Positions 22,530 to 34,648 of a DNA stretch of 64,000 bases are shown one piece after another. This DNA is from Zancudomyces culisetae HAW-14-8 (Eukaryota > Fungi > Kickxellomycota), in assembly GCA_052426225.1 (NCBI GenBank), contig JBNJNM010000011.1:744001-808000 (forward strand), given 5' to 3'. The notes beneath the pieces are model-generated. The model was not told where the DNA came from and did no database searches. It worked only from the letters and a program-made list of their open reading frames with translations. The position numbers and the translations under genes are program-made. The stretch's first letter is position 1. The number at the start of each line of letters is the position of its first letter.

Positions 22530-24228
22530 ATGATCACACCAAACACCCAACACCAAACACCTGCAATCAAAATATTAAATAGAATTGACACCATGATATT
22601 GAAAACTATACAAGCAGGGCGCAAAACAAGTGCATTGTCTCTATATGCAAAAAATGTACAAATTTTCAAAAAGTGTTTAAACACAGGTATATCTAGAGTC
22701 CCCGGTGCGGAGAGTGCCGAAAACATAATAGACGAAGGCCTGGAGGTTGAATCCTCTTCATCACCTATCCCTGTTGCCAAGAGTAAAGTGAACTGGAAAT
22801 TAAGAGCAAAGGTAAAAAAGATAATAATATATATAGCAGTTTTCAGTACTAACACTGCTATTTGCAATTAAAACTTAGGGCGGAAATTTTGTGGATTTTA
22901 GAAGAATAACAGTTCATGGTGGTTCAGGCGGGAGCGGTTGCGTAAGCTTTCAACGCGAGAGGCATTTGCCTAGGGGGCCACCAAATGGAGGGAACGGTGG
23001 ACACGGTGGAAATGTTATATTTGTAGCAGATAAAAATGAAACTACATTGTATTCTCTACGAACCAAACTTGCAGCAGAATCTGGGATTAGGGGGAAGGGA
23101 AAGGATATGCACGGGCCCAATGGAAAAGACCTTATTGTGAAAGTTCCCGTAGGAACAGTGCTAACAGAGATAGACATTCCGAAATATGAATTTTTGAATA
23201 ACATAGAAATTACACTCAACAAAAATAAAAGATCTAGACGGAGACCAAAAAGTACTGTGGAACCAAGGGAGATTTTTGATCCAGAAAATCCAAAAGATTA
23301 CGATTTATTTGCCTTTGGAGAGGAAGAGTCGAGCCCAGAAATAGATAGCGAACAGACAGTGGGTCAAGGCGAAATAAGGAACATTGAGCAATTATACGAG
23401 TTGTATACTGAGGAAAAGGCTGGCCATGAAAAAGAGGAAATGTATACTTTCTACCCTAGAAAAACCTCTAGTGGTCAAAAGGAGTTGATGGAACATTTAC
23501 CTGACGAATATAACGTATATTTACATGAGCTCAAGACACAGAAACCAATAGATTTTGATTTTAATGAGGATGGGTTGTCATTAAAGGTTGCCAAGGGCGG
23601 ACTAGGGGGCTATGGAAACCCTCATTTTGCATCATCCACCTATCGTTCACCATATTTGGCATTAAACGGTTTACCCGGGCAGATGCGTTTCTTGGAGCTG
23701 GAGCTAAAAACGATTGCTGATGTTGGGTTAGTAGGAATGCCGAACGCTGGAAAGTCGACTTTCATAAGTTCAGTAACCAATGCTAGCCCCAAGATAGCCC
23801 CTTATCCATTCACAACGCTGAACCCTTACTTGGGAACTGTCACGCTGAATGACTCTAAAAAGGTTACTATCGCTGATATTCCTGGAATAATCAAGGGCGC
23901 GCATCTGAACAAGGGTCTGGGTCATTCGTTTTTAAGACACATAGAACGCAGTACAATCTTGGGTTATCTAGTAGATCTCTCAAAAGACGAACCCTGGAAT
24001 GACTTGGAGACTCTACGATATGAATTGGAAATGTATTTGCCTGGATTGACCAAGCGTCCAAGCCTGGTTATTGCAAATAAGGCGGACCTTTCCATGTCTT
24101 CAAAAAGAAATTACGAAGCCTGGGTAAAGTTTGCTGATCTCCCCATTATACCTGTTTCAGCAAAGAATGGTTTGAACGTCAGCAAGGTTATTAACACATT
24201 TGTTTATATGCTTGACTCCAAGCAATGA
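22530..24228 (+). CDS. MTG2: Mitochondrial Obg-family GTPase Mtg2/GTPBP5 (2 exons; intron 22812-22878; start could alternatively be 22593)
   Basis: GGNFVDFRRI..GGSGGSGCVSF Obg fold; LELKTIADVGLVGMPNAGKST; YPFTTL; DIPG; ANKAD; basic N-terminal extension. Confidence 0.9.
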
Positions 24229-24699
24229 GTCTATACCCACATTTCCCCTTTTTGTTAGATTTTACCTTTTGCTACCAATGTAAATATATCGAGATGACTT
24301 TCTGTGCGTAATACATACACTACGATAATTACTATGCTTGTTGTTTTCCTCCCACAAAAAAATTTTTTTATGCTGCCAAGGCCAATAGATATCAGCAAAA
24401 CATTTTTCAAGCTGCTCATTGTCTGAATCAGAAGTATTACCCAGTTATCTGGTGATTAGAACGAAATAGTTGCCATTATTTTTATTTTTTTTATTATTTT
24501 TATTTATTTCTATTTTACCTGAATCGGATTTTTGATCTCAAAACTAAAATTTTAACAAGAACAAAGCATTGGGTCAGGTATCCAAGAGTATATATATAGC
24601 TGTTTTAGATTTAAAAAAGGTTCTTGGTGTATATCTGTCCCGAAAAACCAGTAAAATTCTAATACTTATAAAGTTTTATTAAAAAAAGAATAAAACAAA

Positions 24700-27600
24700 A
24701 TGCACACGATGCCGAGGGTAAAGGCGTTGAATCCTGGTATCTTTGGCAGGTACAATTTCAGGAATTGTGCTTTGAATCTAGGAGTGCTCCATAAACCCAA
24801 AACGATTATTGGTATCACTTTTCCACGTAAAAATAATCTGTCAGTGATTTTCAGAAAGTATAGTACGGGATACGAAAGCGAGATGAAAAGAATACGAAAC
24901 ATCGGAATAATAGCTCATGTAGATGCAGGTAAGCTTGATGCCTTCGATATTTTTTATTTTTATAAAGATAGTTGAAGATACTAAGTTAAATGGGGGGGGG
25001 AAAAATAGGAAAAACTACAACTACAGAAAGAATGCTATTTTATTCTGGATTTATAAAGCGCGTGGGTGAGGTAGATAGAGGAGATACGACTATGGATTAT
25101 CTCCCCGAAGAGAGAGAGCGTGGAATTACAATAAACTCTGCCGCAATAACTTTTGGGTGGAAGGAACATCAAATAAATCTAATAGACACTCCAGGACACG
25201 TAGATTTTACGATAGAGGTAGAAAGAGCACTTAGAGTTTTGGACGGTTGTGTAGCAATACTTGATGGAGCTTCTGGTGTACAAGCTCAAACCCTGAATGT
25301 CTGGAAGCAGTCTAACAGGTACAAATTGCCGAAATTGGTATTTATAAACAAACTAGACAGAGAAGGAAGCGATTGGAGAAAATGTATACATCAGATTAGC
25401 ACTAAATTAGGGAGTAAAGCTCTGTTGTTACAGCTTCCGCTTTTTAAACAAGAGTTACAACAAAACTTGGACGAGGGGTCTATAAAAAGTATATTCGGCA
25501 CAGCTGAGGTGCTGGGTGACAATTTACCTGCGGCAATAATAGATGCTGTTAACAATGAATTGGTACTTTTTGATGCTTCAACCAAAAGCTGTGATAATAT
25601 AACTAGGAAAAAAATACATTCAACGGAGGCTAAGGAAGCACAACATGAACATACGATTCATAATGATTATTTGTACGATAAATTGGTGGCAGTTAAGACA
25701 GCGCTAGTTGAAAGTATAGCAGAGTTAGATCCAGATATGTTTGAGCAATATTTGAGTCCAGAAATCGACGGCGATGTGTCTAAGCTTACTACAAACGAAA
25801 TAGAAGACAGTATTAGACGAATTACGACACAAAATATGGCTGTTCCGGTACTTATGGGGGCCAGCTACAAAAACTTTGGTGTGCAACCAATATTGGATGC
25901 AATTAAATTATACCTACCCTCACCAAAAGAAAATTCTCGACTAGGGACCCAACTGATTTTGAGGCCCAAAAACGAAGTGTGGGCAATTGATGATGCTCCA
26001 CTGGTTGCATTTGTATTTAAGGTAGTAGTGGATAACTTGAAAGGTGTGATGGTATTCGTTAGGATATACAGTGGAACGCTTCAGGCTAAGGCCACCGTAG
26101 TGAATTCTAGCATATCAAAGCGTTCTAAATTGGTTAAAGAAAGGGTAAATAAGATTATGACAATATATGCAGATTATTCTGAAGAGATCAGCGAACTGAA
26201 AGCTGGAAATATTGGTGTGTTGTTGGGAATGAAGCATACCAAAACTGGAGATACTCTATTGGATTTGAATCATCCAAGTATTGTAAGCGGGTCACCAGAA
26301 AAATTAAGCCATGAAAATCCCAAAAGCACAGAAAGGAAGTTAAAAAATATCAATGCCAACCATAGTAGTAGGGAGGTTGTTGGCGTCTCTGAAAAAATGG
26401 ATAATCAGAATGCTGAGGATGGGTGGGATGTACTTGGTGGCTTAGAAAAGGATCTGGTACCGGGTGAAAATGCATTGACCCATAATTCAACCAATGATGA
26501 TCTTCTTCAATTACACAAGATACGTATTCCACCACCAGTGTTCTTTTGTCAGATTGAGCCGGATTCTATTAGCGATGAGAAACACTTGATTAATGTTCTG
26601 AACAATCTGGTATTACAGGATCCGTCTTTGAACTATTTCAGAGATATTGAAGGTGGTGACCAAATTATCTTGACTGGAATGGGTGAATTACACTTAGAGG
26701 TCACATTATCAAGGCTGCTGCAAGAAAAGGTCAAGGCTCAGATGGGAAGGGTTAGGATTTCCTATCGCGAAAGTATTTCAGCGAAGTATGAACTTTTGAA
26801 CTATCAAATGGAGAAAACGGTGAGTACTGGCACTAGCACTGGCACTTCTAACACACTTGGAAATAAACCTATAAGTATTGGGTTTGATGTGTGTGTGGAG
26901 CCTGTATATAGCGATTTTATCGAAAATGTAACAAACGATAGTAAGGTGATACACCTTGGAGGAAACAATTTTTTGGATTTGTCTCAGCTGAATCTCAACA
27001 ATTCACAAACTCTAGCTCAGGGCACTCACACGCAAGGCAACGGCAAGTGTTCCTCTGATTTCCAGGCAGTTAAGGATACGATAGCAAGCTCGGTAGAAGT
27101 ATCAATGTATCAAGGGCCCACATTGGGATACATTTTAAATAATGTAAAAACCACAATATCGAATCTAAGTCTGCCTCCAAATTTATTAGCCGAACTTCAA
27201 CAACAGCATTCTCAAAGCCCACAGAAAACCTCGATACTGTCGATATTGCGAATGGCTATAATCCAAGCCTTAAAGCAAGCAATTTCAGGTGCGAACCCCG
27301 TTTTGTTGCAACCAGTGATGAATGTATCAATCTCTACAACGCCAGAATACCTGGGGCCGATTCTGTCAATGCTTGAAACATTCAAATCAACAAAGATAAT
27401 TTCTATCTCGAGTAATGAGGATTCATTGCTACATACTGGCCAAGATGAGAATGCTGGTGGATGTGATGGTTCTGGGTCTCTTAGCAAGGCGCTGTTAGAT
27501 CTAATAACTGTGGGACATAATGACAACAGTACCGCCTACAATAATCGTTCATCAACGGATGGGGGACAAAATAGCAGCGGAATCAACGAAATATCGGCGA

Positions 27601-27749
27601 TAATTCCTTTATATAACCTAATAGGCTTTTCCTCTACTTTGAGAAAGCTGACAGCTGGAACTGCGTCATTTTCAATGCAGTTGAATGGGTTTGATAGAGT
27701 CGAAGAATCAGCAAAAGGACATATCCTTAAAGAACTCCGAGGATTTTGA
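24700..27749 (+). CDS. MEF2: Mitochondrial ribosome-releasing factor 2 (EF-G2mt) (intron 24929-25008)
   Basis: IRNIGIIAHVDAG|KTTTTERMLFYSG, ERERGITINSAA, LIDTPGHVDF, INKLDR; presequence-like N-terminus; divergent domains IV/V as expected for EF-G2. Confidence 0.9.
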
Positions 27750-27992
27750 TTATTTTTTTCGTGCTGAAAAACGTTGATGGTGGTAGTGATCAGGAATGTA
27801 TCTCTTTGTGTTGATGTGGTTGTTTTTTTAGTCGATGTTGATATCTTTAATGAATAAACACCATTTTTATCTACCAACACTCAAATATGTCCATATGATA
27901 CGATAACTGGCTATGGAATTCGCAATATTAAGACTGTAATTAAATCGCATTAGAACTACAAAAAAAATGCAAAGAAAAAGAAAACCATGACT

Positions 27993-29240
27993 CTAAAAAG
28001 AAAAGGCTCTAATCATCTCACCAATCTCAGCTTGGTCAATACTTTCCAGTTTGCGAACCAGCTTGCCCACCCTTTCTTTTGCGACTTCTGCGCTAAGGTA
28101 TGAGTAGTGTGGCGAACTAGCATTTGCTCTCAACCAACTAAAGTCGTCAACTGCTTGCTGCTCATAGAATTTCATTACATCACTATTTTCTATTATAGCT
28201 CGGGTTTTACAATATATTAGGCAATTGATTTCACTGCAGTTTTCAGCCCGGAACTGAACGACGCTTCCAGATATCACACTACATTTACAACTGTCTCTTA
28301 TTGTGATTACACCTGGAATGTCATGCTCAATGAATATCACACTGTTTACCACGTTGGTTATGTGGAGTACTGCTATGTTCTCACTACAATCTCGCAAATC
28401 TATCAAACATCCATCAATATTACTGATTTTGAACTCTATAGCCCTTTTATCTTGATTTTCCACTTTAATAAACTGTCTTGCTTTTGAGGAAATCTCAAAA
28501 ATGCCCCTTTTTACATTAATCTTGTCAAAATTGACATTGCGATGGGAAGCGGTTTGTAGATCAATCTTTTCGTCCATACTTTCCAGATCTCTGTCTTTAG
28601 CAAAATTCATAACATTTCTGAGTTTGGCAGATTTTTTCTTTAGCCCACGCCCAAGCTCCTTCAATTCCCCCAGTTTCTATTAACAGGTTTTCGGTTTTAG
28701 TGTATATAGAGGCAGTAATAGATATTGAAAAAAATATATTTACATTCGTGTTACAAGGGTAAATTATATTCGTAAAAATCAAATCAAATCAAATCAAATA
28801 CATATGTATAATATATATACTTACCTCCATGTACGTTTTCAAATCATAACTGGGTAGATATCCCCTAGCCTCATTAATCCTTATTTCCAGCTCTTGTATT
28901 TGACGCAAAAGCTCGGCTCTGGAATCAACGTTAAGGCTACTTTTTATCCCTATTTTGATTTGAGTCATATATAGAAATACCGGTGCCTTGCCAAATTATA
29001 AAGAAAAAAAAAAGAACCCTAAAACAGCTTGTTGTAGGATAAACGTATGCACATTGCAGTGTTCAATCGAGCAATCTTCCGCTCCTCCCTCTCTGATTTT
29101 CAATTTGTATGTAAAATGTGACTTTCGCACCTACCTTCATACCGAACTTTAAAATATTTCCAAAACTCCTCGGGATTCTCAACCAGTAGCGGTATATTTT
29201 CAGAGTCCCTTTGATCCTTCTCTCCAATATCTTCAGTCAT
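27993..29240 (-). CDS. Tubulin-binding cofactor C (about 3 exons)
   Basis: Exon with YLPSYDLKTYME (TBCC N-domain); beta-helix region with QFRAENC...TRAIIENS; VDDFSWLRANASSPH. Confidence 0.85.
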
Positions 29241-30293
29241 GAGTTTTTCTGAATATAATAATTTTATTATTCAATTTCAATAAAAGACAAATACCACCAC
29301 TTTTATTATTTGATTTTATTTGAAATTGCAAAAGGGGTGGAAAATTACGTGATTAATGACCTGTACATGTATGCTGATTCGGTATCAAGTTTTTTTTTAG
29401 CTAAAGATGTTTCTTAGGTTAGTAGATGGCTGTGTTTTTGGGATCTACTCAAATAACGAGTGTGTTGTATTTATTATGAGTAGGCCAGTTAGTGAACAAC
29501 GCTGCATGCTCCAGCCAAACAAATACAAGACTCTTGTTTGTGATCGAGTAGTTTACCAGTAAGTAAACTTTAATATTTGGCTCCAACATTGAGCAACGAT
29601 TAGCATTGACACATCTTAAAGCATTTTCGCTTTCAATAGACCACACGTATATTAATAAAAGAAACCCCAGCTGTCAGTCTTTACTTTTTCAGGGTACTAC
29701 AGTTAAAACGGTATCTATTTAACTTTTACTTACATCATGCAAGAATATATACTCACATTTTATCCCATGCAACACCCTGTCCCTATCGCTTGAATATTTA
29801 CATTCATACTCAGGTGTACAGATAAACAGCAAGTCGGTGCTAATTGCAACAATAAAATTTTGAGTCTCAAGATAGATGATCGTGTTTTATTTTGTTATGA
29901 TCAATTTGCTAAATAAATACCACTCCAAACTAAAAATGTAGTTCGAAGAATTTGAATAAGAGGCAACATCACCCTAGAATATATCCGGCTCTTTTAACGA
30001 TACTCACTGCTATAGTTAATAATAATCTTGATGTCAATATTAATCAAAACGAAATCTGTAAGCTAGTTCAATTCTGCAAGTTTTGATATAATTGCTAAAA
30101 GAAAACAAAGAAATCTTTGAAGCCAATATTTTTTACTTTTAGAAACATTTTTTGGGTTGTATAACATTTTGGTCTTTATTTCATTAAGAAAGTGATAAAG
30201 TTAAAATCCATAAATTAAAAACTCGGCACTAAAGATTAGTCCAAAAGGTCATCAAAGTGATTTGCATTGAGAAACTGGAGTGTTTGTTTCATA

Positions 30294-31520
30294 TTAAAGT
30301 ATATTAAGTGCTAATGATAGCACTGTGCCAATGATGCTAACTCCTACGTATAAGATATCTCCAATACAAACACCGCTCAGTCCATTCAGAAGCATGACAC
30401 CGGCTGTTATAGGAGCAAGTATGAATGTACGGTTCATGAGGAAATCCAGTGCTGTCTGTACCAAATCCAAAACTGATGCTGTAGCATTCATAACAGTATC
30501 AAAGAGGAAGCCTACAATAGTTGAAATAGCATTCAGGCTTGGGTTGGTAAGAAGCTTGAGCACACCTGTGATGACAGTAGATACTGTTTGTGGTGAATTT
30601 TGTACAAATGAAAGAACACCATCAATAATTGTGCCAAGAGCACCAATATCGCCATCCAAAAAGTTTTTAAGCAAATCAGCGAGTGAGCTTCCGCCGCTTG
30701 TGCTTGATATGGTGCTTTCGGCTTTGCTTTTACATGGCAAAAATGTGTTTATCAAGCGGCCAATAGACTCGATAACTCTATCCAAAGACGCTGTGTCTAT
30801 ACCCAAGAGTCTTTTTTGTTGAGACGATGTGTTTGAATTCGAAACTTCAGATGCTTGCGCCAAAGTGCTAATTGTAAATAGGTACTTTACAAATTCATTT
30901 TTCAGCTCATCGTTGTTTTTCATGGTGGAAAAGAGCGTTACTATGAGTTCTGATGCTTTCTTTTCATTTCCTTTAAGTCCTTTCAATCCGGTTGTGATTT
31001 TTTTGGTGATAGCTGCAGTGTTATTGGATGAAGGTACAATTGATGATGCAAGGTTATTTGCCAAATCAGAAGTAGAAGCATCTTCAACAACTGTTGTAAG
31101 AGCTTGAATGTAGTCAACAAGTTGATCGGGGTCGTTTTTTACTAATTGTGTCAAGTTACTAAAATTGTTTGCAACTTTACTTGATGAACCAATAGATACA
31201 TTTGCAACTGTACTGCGGATCAGTTTGTACAGTGTACTATCCTTAACATCATCAACTGTGGCCCGTTTTCCAAGCTTTCTAGACTTTCTCGCAGGCTCAG
31301 ACTGCTTTGCAAGAGCACACTCAATAGTGTTGGATACCTGATTACAGATTGTTCCTGTGATACATGCACTCTCTGAAACTTTGCCTTCAACACAGTAAAA
31401 GAATATTCTGTTATCTGCATCACCTTTATCGCACCACATGGACTTATCCTCACACCCATATCGTGGTGCTGCTGCTACCAGAGCGCTTGATGCCAATGCT
31501 AAATATAAGATTCCACGCAT
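30294..31520 (-). CDS. Secreted protein: signal peptide, 6-Cys CBM19-like module, two KR sites, hydrophobic helical C-terminus
   Basis: 408-aa ORF; signal MRGILYLALASSALVAA; C..C..C..CITGTIC..C; LGKR at residue 86 and QQKR at residue 237; candidate TATA (TATAAAT) on the minus strand near 31710. Confidence 0.85.
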   Translation of the reverse strand: MRGILYLALASSALVAAAPRYGCEDKSMWCDKGDADNRIFFYCVEGKVSESACITGTICNQVSNTIECALAKQSEPARKSRKLGKRATVDDVKDSTLYKLIRSTVANVSIGSSSKVANNFSNLTQLVKNDPDQLVDYIQALTTVVEDASTSDLANNLASSIVPSSNNTAAITKKITTGLKGLKGNEKKASELIVTLFSTMKNNDELKNEFVKYLFTISTLAQASEVSNSNTSSQQKRLLGIDTASLDRVIESIGRLINTFLPCKSKAESTISSTSGGSSLADLLKNFLDGDIGALGTIIDGVLSFVQNSPQTVSTVITGVLKLLTNPSLNAISTIVGFLFDTVMNATASVLDLVQTALDFLMNRTFILAPITAGVMLLNGLSGVCIGDILYVGVSIIGTVLSLALNIL

Positions 31521-33165
31521 TTTAATTCTGTTATAGAAGATACTTGCTTGATGTTATGTTGAGTATATGCTAGCTAATGTTGCCAATAGAACGGATGTCT
31601 TTGAACTGTACTGGATTTCACTTGCTGTTTTGCTGTTGACTATGATGGTCAGTTTTATTGCAATGATGATTGTTCTGATGTTTTTGAATTTGAATGGAAA
31701 TGTTGACAGTATTTATACTTGCTGATCCACCTCGCCCTCAACTCTTATTTTCATCTTTTGATTTTATTTTCTACTACATCGGCACCAGAAATGTAGAAAA
31801 AATATACTGAAACACATATAATAGTTATTAACATGGTTACACACAGAGCCTTAGGTTAAGTAGCGTACTAATTAATTATAAATACCACGAGTATTGATAA
31901 TAGCTAAACCCAATTGCAAACACACCTTCGGCGCTATATCGGCAAATTTACCACTTTATTGGTGTCTTTTATATAATGAGATTTTTATAAATAACAGGTT
32001 TATATCAGTCATTGATACTAGCTAAGTGAAAGCAGCAGGTTTTTTAACTTAACCCTACAAGTTCCAAACTTCAGATCATGGGTTTTTTACTCATCCATAA
32101 AAATAAGTAAATTGATGAATTCATGGGGCTAATGCTTATTTATAGCTTTCTTTTTTATATATATCATTTACTTTACCTAAACCTATCCATTTACAAATAC
32201 CTAATTCAGTTTGACGATGTAATATCTATTTCCCAAAATGACAATTCAATAATCAAAAAAATTTTGCAAAGATTTTTATTGAAAGTGACACCATCAACCA
32301 TCCATTGAGGTTTAACTCAATGGGGTTTATTTTGTAGGATTATGATTGATCAGTACTGAGCAACGAACTGGGCTCAAGAAACCACAAAAAAATAGTTACA
32401 GCTTAATTATGAATTCAGAATTATGAATGTAGAATTTGCGTGTTTGATCCAGACTTTCAATATGGTTGGTCGTTTCCAAGCAAATTGCATAAAAATGTTC
32501 AAGCTATGCATTACTAAGGCATTCTTGAATAAATATTATATATACATTTTTTAGTGATTCTTAAATAAACATTAAAATCACGTAATTTCAATGCAGTAAC
32601 GATTACATAATTGCAGCGCTATCAAAGTTATGATGCTATAAGGCCTTGTTTACTGCACACATATTTAAATATCACGTTACAAACTTGTTCCTCTTAAAAG
32701 TGCTAATACTTTCTATTAATAAAAGTTGCCCCTTTTTTGCTCTACCAATCTATAAAATAATATTACACATATCACCAAAAAAAAATCCCAGCAGTACAAA
32801 TCTGTACTTATATTTAGCCTTTATAGTAATTAGCTCCAGCTTAGAATCGGTTAATCGTAGGCAAATTCAGTTACTCCTCCTTTCGGGATTCTAGCTCTTT
32901 TACAAAGCGAAAAAAATCTAAAAGTTTTTTTAAGCACATCTGTGGGGTTGACCAGTAATACCTTTTATTTGTACTCGAGTAAACACCTTTCTATCATTGC
33001 CTTCTATTACGCAGCTAATACTACTAATGAATAGTTTATTGGATATATTACCTTTGGCTTGAAAAATAAAATTACACTTAAACTTATAAACAGACGAAGA
33101 ATAATTATCTACGCGCTCTCAATCTGGAGGCATAACGTATAGTTACAAAAAGAATAAAGTGGTAT

Positions 33166-34648
33166 TCATTTGAAGACACTGAAGTTGGGTTTTACATTGA
33201 GATCATTTTCCCACTTTACATTTTCTATAAACTTGAGGTTTTCTTTTTTGTTCCAGTTTTCTAGGTTTTTGACAATTTCTTGTTCTAGCAAAGGCTGGGT
33301 TTTCATGGAGTTTACCATTATCTTTTCTGGATCTAACGCACATCCGCCTTTAAAAAAGTATACAAATGACTGATGTTCAAATGCCTCCGTTCTTGCCTTT
33401 TCAGGATCGCCGGTGTGTATATGTCTACAGTTTTTCACGGCCTTATAATCATAAGATCTCATCTTCCCTTCTTTTGCATCGTTTTCTTCTTCGCGTTGAT
33501 GCAAAAACTGGGTACAATCGTGAAAGTGCTCTTTAGTGCCATCGCCAAGAATTTGATGTCCACTTGCATTTTTGGTTACAGACATGTGATCAAATGATCT
33601 CATCCTCCCTTTACTGGCATTCTCCATACGATCAGAGTGCTGGATATATGCTGTATGCTTTTTTACACATTTTTCTTTTTGAACTTCAAGTTCTGTTTGC
33701 TCATTTAATAACGAATGATTAAAAAATTGGTTGTGGTCTTCGTCCTCCCACATTGCTTTTGTCTCTTTATACGTCCCAAATCCCTCATTCGGCTTGACCA
33801 CCTCCCAGCATTCTTTTTTTGTCCATGGAGCTACCCAAAAATCATCCACCTTCTTTTCCTTTTTCTCTTCCTTTTTTTTCTCCACAACACTCACTGCAGA
33901 CTCCTTTGCTTTTTCACACTCACTATCACATTTTACAACTATTTCCACTTTTTTACATTCATTTTCCTGTGGTTGTGGCTTTACTTCATTCTTGGGAGGT
34001 TCGCAACTCTTTGCCAAATCCTCAAAATTAGGAGGCGAAACCGGTGCTGGGAAACGTTTCATAATGTTTTTTATTACATCTTCCGTCAAAACGTCATCAG
34101 GCTTTAAAGGAATCTCGGTTTTCGGATAATTGAGCTTCAACGTTTGAATAAATCTAAACCCCTCAGTAATTGATGGATATGTAAAAGATTTACCAAAGCT
34201 AATTGTAATTTCTACACCACAGTCACCTTGTATACCTGTAGGATGATTAGCTCTATGCTTTACCCGACGTGTGCAGCACTAAAAGTTAACATTATGGTTA
34301 TACATTTATGTTCAAGCTTGTCTATTTAGATATTTATCTATTTATATACCTATATTCATGTTGCTTTACCTCGGTTGATTCTTCAAAGTAAAGAGCATCA
34401 ACAGAAACTCGCTGTAACTCTGCAATTTCTACCCAGATCTTTCGATGTTCTGCATTATGATTGTAGCCATCAATAACTACGTTTTTTCCGTTTTTTAGCA
34501 TCACAGCTGCGAGCGATTCGGCGTATGTTGCATCACCAAGTTCATCTTTGTTGATTCTTTCCCAGTTTTTTAGAAATTTTACCAACTTTTGTGAAAACTC
34601 CGTCTTTCCACTTCCTGGAATTCCAACCAACACTAATAGTTGTGGCAT
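33166..34648 (-). CDS. AAA_33-type P-loop kinase-like protein with a long unknown C-terminal region (intron about 34279-34369)
   Basis: LLVLVGIPGSGKTEF, WERINKDELG, NVVIDGYN...RKIW; after splicing C.RRVKHRANHPT...PSITEGF continues into the 33166-34140 frame. Confidence 0.8.
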
